The notes beneath the pieces are model-generated. The model saw only the letters and a list, made by a program, of their open reading frames with translations. It ran no database searches and was not told the origin of the DNA. From Psammoneis japonica (Eukaryota), in assembly GCA_008632985.1 (NCBI GenBank), contig QPGO01000026.1, positions 124,001 through 188,000 of the forward strand: a DNA stretch of 64,000 bases, given 5' to 3'. Positions 1 to 11,679 of this stretch are shown piece by piece (the stretch's first letter is position 1; the number at the start of each line of letters is the position of its first letter). A program made the translations under genes and the position numbers.

Positions 1-5
1 AGTTC

Positions 6-1579
6 TTGTCGGAAAAGGAGCGGCGAAATTTCGACAACGCAGTGGAAGCGATCAAGGACGACTTTAGTCGCGAGCTACGAATAGAATGGAAAAGCGAAGA
101 GAAGAAAAAGGTGCTATGGTTTAAGAAGCGATCTGACGGTGCTGAAGGGGAGCTTCCGGATGATTTTTGTCGGATACTCCTTTTCCTTTATAGCCGCAAT
201 TTCTTGAAGCACACAACGCAGGGCTATCGAAAGGATTTCGTCAAACACATGCTAGAGCCGGGACGCATTCGAAAGGCCATCCTGCAAGTCATCAAGTGCA
301 CCGGAGATCGCAATCTTTCTCTCAACGAGAATTTTCGGGCTCATTATGTCCGTGCCTGCTTCACGATCAACCGATACTTTCAACAACCTGAAGCAACTGG
401 CTTTGTTAAGGATATGTCGAGCCTAACGTATTATTTCCGAATGCAAAAGTTTGGTAGTTGCTTCCTTCAAGCAGCGTGTGTTGCCATGTCTTACGCACTT
501 CAAGCGCGCGGCATGCATGTGCCACCTGCAGACGCATCGAGGCTAATCCGTCATCACTTTCGCGACGAACAACTCATCAAGTACATTGACGATAAAGGCG
601 GTGACTCTGTTGGAATCTTCAAGATTCTCGACAAGAAGTTCTTTGTGTGCGAAAAATCCCAACGTGAGCCGATACCGGTCCATTGCAGTGTTTTGGGCAA
701 CCCCGGTTTTCTTGCAGCTACCAAAGAACAGCTTGCACAAGGACCCGGGTTGGTCTCAAAATTCATGGTCCCCGTAAATTTCATGTGCTCGCCACTACTA
801 TCATGCGACTTGAAGCAGACATTTCCCAAGCTTGCTAATTACGAGAGATGGGAAGATGTTCCTGCAAATTTGATCCCACCTGGTGTTGCCCGTTTCACAA
901 CGTGGAATGAACCGGCCGAGTTTATTCCCTTGTGTGCTCCCAGCGATGCTGAATCGAAAGATGAAGAACTTGTTTTGAAAGAAAAATGGGAAGAATTACT
1001 GGATCAACCAGGAGAAGATGATTGGCAATCCACTAAAGTCACTGCTTCAATGTCGCTAGATTCAAGTTCTGGTTTCACTGGTGATGATGGTCTAGGAACA
1101 CCTGGTGAGTTGTCAACCACCAACAGTGCTTCCAGTTTCAAGTTAATGGGAGAAGATTCCAATGGAGAGGATTGGTCCCATCTCTTTGATGATGATGATG
1201 ATTATTATAATAGTTCCAGTGTGTTGTTCGAAGACAGTGAACCTGGAGAAGGAGCTGCGGAGGCAGCATTGCATGCAATGGTCCTTCTTGGTCATCACGA
1301 AGCAGATGGGGTGGGATGTTGGCTTATACAGAACTCTTGGGAAGGCCCACGCAAATCCTTGAAGTCAGCACTGAATATTTGATGAAATCAGGTGCCTATC
1401 TCTACTTCTACCAGGCTGATGTCGGGAGTCTAAAGTCCAAAGATCAATGGGGCAGTGTCGATAGTTCGAGTTTGTTTTGCCCATCACCCGTTGCAGAAAG
1501 TTGCGGACTTGAGCGTAGTGATTGTGAGAATTGGTCAGATCGCCTGGTGATCTCTGAGGATTGGTTTTATGACGATTAG
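6..1579 (+). pseudogene. Papain-like (C1-type) cysteine protease-domain gene, probably 5'-truncated by the window edge, with a frameshift near 1345
   Basis: Q-x-x-G-S-C motif (MQKFGSCFLQA), catalytic His region LHAMVLLG and WLIQNSW. After NSWEG the protein-like text continues in another frame (QILEVSTEYL...WFYDD, stop 1579). Pseudogene or sequencing indel. Confidence 0.6.
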
Positions 1580-3235
1580 ACGGCACACGCGGCTTTGCTT
1601 GGTGCTAGCCTAGTTTGACAGTCTTGGAAGCAGAGTAGATTTTTCGACCTGCATAACTGAGCCGTACAAAATCTATGCCGGTAAATATCAAGATAAAGCA
1701 AGGCTCCCACATGCCTCATTCTTAGCAAGTGACCCCCAGAATCCTGAAAAGAACGACGTCACGACGTCATGTGTGTGCATTGGTGATTGAATCCAGTCCA
1801 GAGCGATTGCTCTGACTCAGCAGACTTGAAAGAGACATTTTTATAAATCTAGAAGTAAAACTAATGCTAAGATGTGCGGGGCATGCGTAGATGGTGATTT
1901 TAAATGCACGGTTGTTGTTTGCCGTTGCATGTTTCCGTTGGTTGGCACTCTTCGAGCGATTCACGACCACAAAATCACACACTTTTTTCTCACTTTTCTC
2001 ACAACACCAAACTTGTGACACCACGTTTGCACCCTCTGCAGAGGACACTTCATGCACAACCATGGCTGCTGTCATTGCTTTTGCTGTCTGTCTAGGAAGG
2101 ACGGGCTTCGCAGCAGGAGCATGCAGCCACCACATCATCGCACAAGGTTTCACCGGCGCATGATTTGCACCAAATGCCATCATCTGACATTGAGGACATG
2201 ATCAAGGGTTTCAGGAAGGATGCCTTGGATGATGATGCTGTCAACTTTTTGCACCTGTCAGTCAGGAAATTCAAGGTCCTGAACACATGGCAGGACTGCC
2301 AGACTGCAAGGGGCTGGCAGCTGCAGGCCCAAGCATTTGCTGGGGACGTTGTCAGGACTTGGGCGGACTGTCTTGCAAAGTTGGACAATGTCTGTGCAGG
2401 CAGGAGTTGGAGGACAATGCCCTCATGGCCACACATCACCAAATGCGGAGCCGCTAAAAGAGTCGACTTGCTCTGGCATTGTGACACGTGAGACAGTGTC
2501 AGGACAGCCTTCACAGTTGCAGCATTGAACGACCTGGATGTCATGTGTACAGACATTCAGAATGCTTGCTTAGATGCCAAGACCAAGGAGCATTGTCAGA
2601 CTGCTGCTGGTCTGGAATTTGGAAAACAGAGCAAGGGACAACCTGTCAAGATTGTCAGGGCATTGCATGGACTCAAGAGCTCAGGTGCTGGATCATGGGA
2701 CCACATGGCAGCCACATCATGCAAGGTGGGCTTTCAATCTAGCAAGGGTGATCTCAATGTGTGGATGTGCAAGGCAATCAAGCCAGATGGCTTCAAGCAT
2801 TGGGATGACTCACCAGTGGCATCTCATGACTTTCAGATGTTTGCAGATCATGTGGTGTCTTGTTGCATTCTCAGGGGAGGAAGTGTGAAGGAGCCAGAAG
2901 AGCATCTTGGCACCCAAATCTGCAAGTGCCAACTGTCCATCCTTGGATCATGTGGCATCTCCTTACATTCTTAAGGAAGCAAGTGTCAAGGAGCCCAGAA
3001 GAGCACCTTGGCACCCAAAGCCAAAAGTGCCAACTGTCTGGCTTGGACAGGAAGACATGTTGGGCATTGTCCTCAGACTTGCACATCAAGAGAGCAATTG
3101 ATGACATTGAACCCAAGCTTGGCCAGGTGGGCTGGAGCCTCAGGACCAAGGCTTCAACCCCGTTGAGCTCAGGATGCAGGTCAGAACTTGACAGTTCCCC
3201 TGAGCTGGATGCCCAGAGGGCAAGTTGCCACCAGG

Positions 3236-5010
3236 TGGACGTGTTCCAGTCCCAGGTGACGCACAAAACGACAATCGGATTTTGAACATAATTTATGCAC
3301 ATTTTAGTGTACAGAGCATTTTAATAAAAATACTTAGACGGATTGACTTTTATGGGCTTCTAGAGTATGAACATTTAAATAGTTTTTTGAGGGGTGTTCA
3401 AATCCTCATGGGATGTGCTGATTGTACATCAGTGGATTTACACTGAGATTTCTTTGTAGGTAGAAAACCTGCCAAGCAGCATCGTAGAAAGACACATTTA
3501 GGTGACATCCAAATAACGGCAACATTTTCGCCGAAAATCATCCGTTGTGTTACGAATCTTTTAACGCAATGAAAAACATAGACAGCACAATGACAATGAC
3601 ATTGCAACACTCACACGAGTCTTGTTAGTGTTGCAAAACATTTGCATTTGTACAACTGAGTCCGCAGCTCATGGCTACGAAGCAAGCACTCTCACGTGTT
3701 CCCACGTGATCGACTCACTCCGCGGCCGCTCCCAGTTCTCATCCGCAGTCCACAAGGACACCATGCGTGAAGTGAAACAAGAAGCAGCCGACCGAAAGGT
3801 TGTGGCTCACGGGGAGACCCTCAAAACGATCCTCAGGACCCCACCCGACCTCCAGGCCAGAGCTGTCAAGCGCAGCACCAAGACAGGCGCGTGGCTCTCA
3901 GCGTGCCCTTCGACACTGAATGGCACGGAACTCTCATGTCAAGAGTTCCGCAACGCGCTCTTCCTGTGGTGTGGCAGTGCTCCACTGGACCTCCCGGAGC
4001 ACTGTGATGGATGTGGATGCAAATTCACAATGAACCACGCCCTTCAGTGCAAGAAGGGCGGCCCAGTCATCTGGCGACACGATGAAGTCCGTGACAACCC
4101 AGGTGACCCAATGGGCAAGGCTTGCAAACCTTCCTGTGTGCGCGACGAACCTCTAATCAACCCTGCTGGTCGCAGCACAGGAAGCTCAAGCACCCCCACT
4201 AGCTCCCCAGGAAACACCAACTCCAACAAGTCCAATGATGGCGATCGCGGCGACCTTCTCGGCATGCAATTCTGGGATGGAAGGACAGACATGGCAACGG
4301 ATGTTCGCATTCCCGACACGGATGCGAAGTCATGCCTGTCCAAAACACCAGAGGATGTCCCAGCAATGCACGAACGGGAGAAAAAGCGCAAGCACCTCAA
4401 GCCCTGTCTCGAGCAACGCCGTCATTTCACGCCCTTCGTAGTGTCATACGACGGACTCTTTGGCAAAGAAGCCAAGGCAATGCTCCGCAAGATGGCCTCA
4501 AGACCATCAGACAAATGGCAAAAGCCACACTCTGAAGCATGTGGCTGCGTCAACGCGAGAATGAGTGTTGCCATGGCCCGGGCGACTCACCGTTGCCTCC
4601 GGGGATCCCGTGTTCCCGCCTCTCACATCAGCTCCAGACGACCCCAGTGGGAAGATGGCACTGGTCTGTCCCTGTGCAGACACCAAATGACCCCACCCAA
4701 CCGACTTGCACCCTTCCAGACAAACACACCAACCGACTGCCCACCCACAACATCGACATCGTGCCTGGAAGCTGGCAAAAACCCACCACCACCCCGAAAA
4801 CGGTGCCACAACTGTTTCAAATTTCGCGCGCACAGCCTGCAATCTTGCGCACGACAACTGCCCCTTGTTCGCACGACTGCATTGATCATGTGGCACCCAC
4901 TTTTCTCTCTGCTTTTGGTGGTGAAAGTTCGATCGTAAGTTGGGGAGCAAAAATCGCGCAAATGTCGTTTTTGTGCACGATTTGGTTCACGTGCGGCTGG
5001 AACACGTCCA
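3236..5010. mobile_element. Non-autonomous TIR DNA element inserted in the copia pol
   Basis: Ends TGGACGTGTTCCAG / CTGGAACACGTCCA (14-bp perfect IR) plus subterminal IR GCACAAAACGACA / TGTCGTTTTTGTGC. Removing the element and one GG copy restores CAC CAG GGA CTC (H-Q-G-L), implying a 2-bp TSD. Confidence 0.8.
3660..4700 (+). mobile_element. 3' fragment of a CRE-type non-LTR retrotransposon (CCHC knuckle plus restriction-like endonuclease)
   Basis: GAWL...EFRNAL, CDGCG...HALQCKKGG...RHDEVRD, RGDL...DVRIPDTDA, EREKKRKH...FTPFVVSYDG, ARATHRCLRGSR. No RT domain, consistent with 5' truncation. Confidence 0.85.
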
Positions 5011-5916
5011 GGGACTCATTGGTGTGTTGTGCTGGACGGTGAAATTGGGCCGGATTGACACTGCAGTTGCCATGTCCCTCATGTCCTTGCACCCAGATGC
5101 GCCAAGAGTTGGTTGCTTGGACAAAGTGCTTCACATCTTTGCACATGTGAAAGCACATGCAAAGTCTGCAATGGGGTGTTTGATGACACCAAACCCACCT
5201 TTGACCCATCTTGCTTCCAGAAGTGCAGCTGATCAGAGCATTGTCCTGGGGCAGCCAAAGCCATGCCAAGGGATGCCCCCCAGGCATGGGGTGACAGCAT
5301 CAACACCACATGTTTTGTCGATGCAGATCATGCGCTGGTTGTCCTGTGACACGATGATGCCATGTGGGGATCATCATCTTTGTGCAACGGGCGCCAATTC
5401 TGTGGTGTGCTGCAAGCTTTGAATGACCGGGATCCCAATCAAGGGACCAGCAAATGTCTTCTGCAATGACAAGGCCATGTTCAAGAACTCAACACGGCCA
5501 ATGTTGCTTGCGTGGTTGGCATCAACAAATGATGCACAGACACCTTGACTTTGAGCCTGATCTGGCTGCTGCATTGTGCGACTTTGATCTAGATGCACCT
5601 GCACTTCTGCCACATTCCTGCCACTGCCATGCATCTTACCTTGCTCTGCTGCCACCAGGGCCACCATCACAACCACCTCCATGCATCCTGTCTCAGGCCT
5701 GAAGAACACAAGCAAGACCACCATTCCAGCACACAGTGCACAGCTGCTCCCATTCCTGAGAGCCAAAGTTGTGAGTTGGGTCAGATGCATTGATGCCATT
5801 CATCATGGTGGTGTGATTGGCACAACTTCATCCATGGCACATGCCATGTTTGCAACCAGACCTGCTGCTGTGACCACCATGATGGCCATGATGAAAGCTT
5901 GCACTTTTGAGCAAGA

Positions 5917-6195
5917 TGACAGGATTTGAACAGGATTTAGGCGCGCGCGACCATTTCGCGCACTATTTAGTTTGCCGCGCACAGTTTTGTGTGCTCTTTA
6001 GTTCCGCGCGTACGCGCGCAATGCAGTTTGCTTTCGAGCCACTCGGCTCACAAGAATGATGACAGAAGCCCAATCACACCGACTTGCACGTCTTTCGGCT
6101 CCTGCAACGGTCTCTGAGCGGAGACTCATCTGCCATTTGGACAGCAGCAAGGAGTTGTTGTTTGAATTCTTGCCATTTGCCTTCAATTTCTGTCA
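5917..6195 (+). repeat. 5' LTR (279 bp)
   Basis: Direct repeat of 10035-10312 with TG...CA inverted ends. Confidence 0.95.
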
Positions 6196-7136
6196 GACCA
6201 ACAGTCTTGCTCATTGTCAACCCATTGAGCAACCGCCCTCGTCGTCGTTGATTTACCGACAACGCTGTTTCAATTCTGCGTGGACCTCCGTACATGTTCT
6301 ACATGCATCGGCAAGTCTACGCGCATTCAATGCCAGGCATCGGCAGGAATTTAACGTCACCGTCAAGTCTCTTTACCGCTGGACATCTGGATTGATTGTG
6401 CCACCTTTCATTGCTGAAGACATGCATTCAACAGTTGCATCCAAGTCTGTCCTTGATCTAGACCCATCCCTTGACACACCCATTCATCAGTTGATGGTCA
6501 AGAACCCCACACATCCAAGGATCTTTGTCGCTGAAGACACACACATGTGCACATCTTCACGGCCAAGGACTTGAACCCATTTTTTGGACTGCGGCTTTGC
6601 TGCCACTCTACAAGCACACCGAGTCTGTTGCACCTGATCTACCCCGGACTGCTGGTGCTCTGCAGTTCCACTAGGTCCACGAGGACGACTGTGAGAGCAA
6701 GCAGCCGTGATTGCAGCCTGCGTTGGGGCGAGGGTGTTTTCCCGCGTTTGTTCGTTTGTCCACAGCGCCTGACGCCTGTGTCAACTGGCCAGCCTGATCG
6801 GGAAATCCAACCGACATAAAATGAGAACGGTTCGGGGGTCTTGTCCACCTCTAGTCAGCTTGCCTGCAGGGGTTTACAACCCGCTGCTCTGCTTGCAAGC
6901 AACCCAAAGCGCTGCTGGCTGCGGGTTCGGACATGCCGGCACAACTCTGCGGACCAGACAGGAAGTTTAGCACTTGACAACGAACGGGATGCCACAGCCC
7001 GGCGACTTCGGATTTTAAGATGGCTCAAGATTTCAAGTCAAGTCTTTTTCAAGCCAAGTTCCAAGTCAAAACTCCGAGTCAAGATCGTGCTCTAGATTGG
7101 CTCCTGTCTTTTGTTTCTACTGCACCGTCCTCCGTC

Positions 7137-9638
7137 ATGGTTCTCACGCGACAGCAACAAACCGAAAGCTTCAAATACATTCTAGGCACTGTGCTCAATC
7201 AAGATGATGACAGCCCTCTTCATTCTGCCCTGTCCATCAACGGGATTGAATCGTGTGAGGAATTGTTCACGTTCTTACCCACCCAAATTGACGCCCTCAC
7301 TTGCAGAGACGGCACCAATGTAGTGCCTTTGCCACGGACCCACAGAAACCTCCTAGCAGCTTTGATCAGCTTCTACTTTGTCAAAGTTTGCAACGGTGAT
7401 GATGTGACCAATGAACCCCAGTTGCTCACACCCGAGGAATTTCACAACTGCCGCCTTGGTCCGGACTACTTGACCTCTCTAGCCACTGGCGCAGCACCCT
7501 CCACACCTGTGCCGAGTCCCTTGCCATCCAAACCAGGTGAACCCAGTGCCATTTTGACACCAGCCTTGCACTGTACCGCCACTCAGGTGTCCCCCACAAG
7601 TGGTGTCAGTCGCGCCCCGCATGTCTTGACCAACCCGCCTGCAAGCAACCTCGGCCCAGTGCAGGATTGCAGCCCTTGCGCAGGCCCGCACTTCGAGACC
7701 AGTTGGGACACTCCACCCATGGCTTCCAAAGCTGCAGCCTTTGCACCCCGCAAACCACGTGCTGCCAACCTCCACGTGTCGACCGCTGTCACCCTTCACA
7801 GCCTTCATTTGGGAAGTGATGGAGATGACAACTTGCTTCTCGCATCTCCTGATGGGGAGCCTCCTTTTCCCATCATTGAATCTGTTCACAACAGTTCAAC
7901 TGGTTCATCAGATGGGGAGTTCAGGACATCCAAGCAGCTTCATTGTCTTTGGATCCCCCAAGTCTTGTACCTCGAGACTGGGCCTCCTGATCGGATGCCT
8001 CAAGTCTCGTGCCTCGAGACTGGGCCTCCTGGTTGGATCCCCCAAGTCTCGCACCTCGAGACTGGGCCTCCTGATCGGATGCCTCAAGTCTCGTACATCG
8101 AGACCAGGCCTCCTGATTGGATGCCTCAAGTCTCGTGCCTCGAGACTGGGCCTCCTGATCGGATGCCTCAAGTCTCGTACATCAAGACCAGGCCTCCTGA
8201 TTGGATCCCCCAAGTCTCGTACCTCGAGACTGGGCCTCCTGATTGGATGCCTCAAGTGTCGTACATCGAGACTGGGCCTCCTGATCGGATGCCTCAAGTC
8301 TCGTACATCGAGATTGGGCCTCCTGATTGGATGCCCCAAGTCTCGTGCCTTGAGACCAGGCCTCCCAACTGGACTCTCCACATGGCTTCCAAAGCTGCAG
8401 CCTTTGCACCCCGCAAACCACGTGCTGCCAACCTCCACGTGTCGACCGCTGTCACCCTTCACAGCCTTCATTTGGGAAGTGATGGAGATGACAACTTGCT
8501 TCTCGCATCTCCTGATGGGGAGCCTCCTTTTCCCATCATTGAATCTGTTCACAACAGTTCAACTGGTTCATCAGATGGGGAGTTCAGGACATCCAAGCAG
8601 CTTCATTGTCTTTGGATCCCCCAAGTCTCGTGCCTCGAGACTGGGCCTCCTGGTTGGATCCCCCAAGTCTCGCACCTCGAGACTGGGCCTCCTGATCGGA
8701 TGCCTCAAGTCTCGTACATCGAGACCAGGCCTCCTGATTGGATGCCTCAAGTCTCGTGCCTCGAGACTGGGCCTCCTGATCGGATGCCTCAAGTCTCGTG
8801 CCTCGAGACTGGGCCTCCTGGTTGGATCCCCCAAGTCTCGTACCTCGAGACCAGGCCTCCTGATTGGATGCCTCAAGTGTCGTACATCGAGACTGGGCCT
8901 CCTGATTGGATGCCTCAAGTCTCGTGCCTCGAGACCAGGCCTCCTGATTGGATGCCGTACATCGAGACTAGGCCTCCTGATTGGATGCCTCAAGTCTCAT
9001 GCCTTGAGACTGGGTCTCCTGATTGGATCCCCCAAGTCTCGTACCTCGAGACTGGGCCTCCTGATCGGATGCCTCAAGTCTCGTACATCGAGATTGGGCC
9101 TCCTGATTGGATGCCCCAAGTCTCGTGCCTTGAGACCAGGCCTCCCAACTGGACTCTCCACATCTCGTGCCTCGAGACCGGGCCTCCCAATTGGATCCTC
9201 TCCATGTCTCGCACCTCAAGACTCGGCCTCCGGATTGGATCCCTCAAGTCTTGCGCCATGAGACTCGGCCTCCTGATTGGATCCCCCAAGTCTCGCACCT
9301 CAAGACTTGGCCTCCTGATTGGATCCCCGAAGACTCGTGTCACAAGACTGGCAAGTCCCTTTGGATTCCAGAAGTCTTGCAGCACGGGACTGGTTGCCCC
9401 AACCAGACATCTGCAGTCTTGCACCACAAGATGTCTTGCTCCAATCCGATCCCCAAAGGCTTGCACCTTGAGACTCGTTTCTCCAATTGGATCAGTCTCT
9501 CAGGAGATGCAGCTGAGCTCGCAATCGGATTGGTGGAACACAGTGCCACCGCTTGTGCCTTTGAACTCATGCTTGCTCTGTTCCCCGAGTCGTGCAAACG
9601 CCATGCCACCCTGCACGAGCACTGCTCTGTTTTTCTAG
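7137..9638 (+). CDS. Gag-like N-terminus fused to a 13-aa tandem repeat (TE ORF, expression unknown)
   Basis: Open frame from ATG 7137 (also open from ATG 7020); repeat QVS[YCH][LI]ET[GR]PPD[WR][MI]P. Confidence 0.5.
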   Translation: MVLTRQQQTESFKYILGTVLNQDDDSPLHSALSINGIESCEELFTFLPTQIDALTCRDGTNVVPLPRTHRNLLAALISFYFVKVCNGDDVTNEPQLLTPEEFHNCRLGPDYLTSLATGAAPSTPVPSPLPSKPGEPSAILTPALHCTATQVSPTSGVSRAPHVLTNPPASNLGPVQDCSPCAGPHFETSWDTPPMASKAAAFAPRKPRAANLHVSTAVTLHSLHLGSDGDDNLLLASPDGEPPFPIIESVHNSSTGSSDGEFRTSKQLHCLWIPQVLYLETGPPDRMPQVSCLETGPPGWIPQVSHLETGPPDRMPQVSYIETRPPDWMPQVSCLETGPPDRMPQVSYIKTRPPDWIPQVSYLETGPPDWMPQVSYIETGPPDRMPQVSYIEIGPPDWMPQVSCLETRPPNWTLHMASKAAAFAPRKPRAANLHVSTAVTLHSLHLGSDGDDNLLLASPDGEPPFPIIESVHNSSTGSSDGEFRTSKQLHCLWIPQVSCLETGPPGWIPQVSHLETGPPDRMPQVSYIETRPPDWMPQVSCLETGPPDRMPQVSCLETGPPGWIPQVSYLETRPPDWMPQVSYIETGPPDWMPQVSCLETRPPDWMPYIETRPPDWMPQVSCLETGSPDWIPQVSYLETGPPDRMPQVSYIEIGPPDWMPQVSCLETRPPNWTLHISCLETGPPNWILSMSRTSRLGLRIGSLKSCAMRLGLLIGSPKSRTSRLGLLIGSPKTRVTRLASPFGFQKSCSTGLVAPTRHLQSCTTRCLAPIRSPKACTLRLVSPIGSVSQEMQLSSQSDWWNTVPPLVPLNSCLLCSPSRANAMPPCTSTALFF
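7950..9340 (+). repeat. 39-bp minisatellite in two blocks, part of a higher-order duplication with 663-bp offset
   Basis: Unit approximately CAAGTCTCGTACCTCGAGACTGGGCCTCCTGATTGGATGCCT; the ~230-bp spacer starting CATGGCTTCCAAAGCTGC occurs at 7718 and 8381. Confidence 0.95.
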
Positions 9639-10034
9639 CAGCAGCCCAGTGTGGCAACCGTTCCAAGAACCAACAGACGGCTGTCAGTCTTTACGACCTT
9701 CACTCAGGAAGTGAAGGCAATGTCAACTTGCCTGCATTGTCCTGCGATGTTGCCCCGCCGTTCAACATTGTCAACCAGACCAAGCTTTGCTCCTTCCATT
9801 GCAAGTGCGGATGTGGAATCCCACAAGATCCCAAGTGTGACTTGAGCTTTGAAAAGCACAACGGCATCTACAATTGGGGAGACGCAGCTCATCTTGACCC
9901 ACTTGGAGAATGCAATGTTGCTCCAGGATCTTGATCCTTGCTTGTCTCCTCATGTTTTGGTGCTTTGACTCCAAAGTTCTTTAGTCAATCCAAAGTCGAA
10001 TCTGTTTCTGTGACTCTTCAAGCAAACTGGGGAG

Positions 10035-10312
10035 TGACAGGATTTGAACAGGATTTAGGTGCGCGCAAAATGTCGCGTGCTGTTTAGTTTGCCGCGCACA
10101 GTTTTGTGTGCTCTTTAGTTCCGCGCGTACGCGCGCGATGTAGTTTGCTTTCGAGCCACTCGGCTCACAAGAATGACAACAGCAGCCCGATTGCACCGAC
10201 TTGCACGTCTTTCGGCTCCTGTGACGGTCTCTGAGCGGAGACTCATCTGCTGTTTAGACAGCAGCAAGGAGTTGTTGTTTGAATTCTTGCCATTTGCCTT
10301 CAATTTCTGTCA
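10035..10312 (+). repeat. 3' LTR (278 bp)
   Basis: Direct repeat of 5917-6195, preceded by a purine tract. Confidence 0.95.
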
Positions 10313-11679
10313 TGAGACACCAGGCTTCCCACTGAGCACATGCATGATGCAGACAAGAGACTTTGGACAAGAAATGTGCACATGCCCCCATGAAGATACG
10401 AGGGGGTGCCAGTTGCCAATTGCACTGCCATCGCTGCTGCCAAGTGGTTGTCATTGGCGCAGATCCCTCCCAACAAAGTTTGCTTCAACCTTCTGCCAAG
10501 CAGATCTGCATTCATTCAGATCCTTGTCCAAAGTGGCAAATGTGCTGCTGGCAAGTTTTCCCACTAACTTTTTGAATGGGAGTGTGCCTTCCTTCTTGTG
10601 GAGTGATGTTTTTTTGATGTTGCAATGTTCAGCCCAAGCCTGAAATGCTTTGTGTCCATTCTCCATCATGTCAAAAGGTTCAGCTCATGCCCTCACCCAG
10701 CCCACATTGTCAATCAAGTGCTCCTTCAACAATGACACACACGGCAATTGTCCTTGTCAAATGCATCTCCAAGGTGGGAGTGGCAGCTGGGGCAGCACAT
10801 GCCTTTCTTGATCATCAGCGAAGGGACCAGGAGGAGGCCCACACTTCACAACATGCTTTGAGCATGCCAGGCTTTTGTGCCAAGAGGCTCTAGAGCACAT
10901 CTTTGCACACATCAAAGTCCTTTTTGACATGCCCACCACTCTTGGCTGTTGCAGTCATTGCTGCATTGTTGAAGCCCGCCACAGCTGAAGGCTGGGTCCT
11001 CTTCAGTTGATCCTGACATCACCACACAATCACTTGAAGGTTCTCAATCTGGACTTTTTTTGTGTTGCAATGATGGGCTCATTGTGTCAGCTGACAAGTC
11101 AGGGTGATTGACCCTGTGTTGCTTCATGTTCATTGGTGCACACTTGGGCACAATGCCCAATGCTGCAGCCCCACCTCCAAGCCCACTGCACATGTGTGGA
11201 GATGGTGACCACAGACCACAATGCGAGCATTTTCCGTTTTGACCATTTTGCAGCTGACAGTTGCAGCATGACATGTGTCAGTGTGCATCAACTTGAACAC
11301 CGACGCATTCGCATCCATGGCGCGGTTGTGAAAAAAAGCATGGGAAACCATGTCATCTGTCTCACACACCCAACACAGACAGATGGACGGCAGAGAACTG
11401 TTTGGAATCGAGCCCATTCTCGAGTTTCGTCAATGGACCAGTTGCCGATTCAAAATGAGTTGCAGAGTAGACTTTTTGTAGTGACAGATTGCCTTGGCTT
11501 TCAAATTCCCAACTTTGGCTCTAGTTTACTCGCTAGCAGGTAAGCACTTCGGGCTAAATCAGACGATGGATCACGGCCGGACACATACAAATACAGACGG
11601 CGCGGTACCCAACGACTCTTTCGTCGGATGTCGATTGCCATTGACGTTGTTCCTCTTCCTATCAATGCATTACGACACC

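Larger units (their letters stand above)
2290..5480 (+). mobile_element. Degenerate Ty1/copia (CoDi-like) pol remnant (RT to RNase H), split by an insertion at 3236-5010
   Basis: RT motifs KESTCSGIVTRETV, NDLDVMCTDIQNACL, IVRALHGLKSSG, TPLSSGCRSELD...ASCHQ resume after the insertion as GLIGVLCWTVKLGRID, then GIPIKGPANVFCND. Frameshifts present; conserved Tyr read as Cys/His. Confidence 0.85.
5917..10312 (+). mobile_element. Non-autonomous, internally deleted copia-derived LTR element
   Basis: LTRs 5917-6195 and 10035-10312 (TGACAG...CTGTCA), purine tract GGGGAG before the 3' LTR, flanks CAAGA/TGAGA (degraded 5-bp TSD). Internal gag-like start MVLTRQQQ...DSPLHSAL and pol-linker remnant QTKLCSFHCKCGCGIPQD; no RT or integrase core. 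Confidence 0.9.

Noticed and set aside
7950..9340. 39-bp repeat array as a possible CRISPR array
   Set aside because: Units are head-to-tail without unique spacers, stay in frame, lie inside an LTR element, and there are no cas genes in this eukaryotic context.
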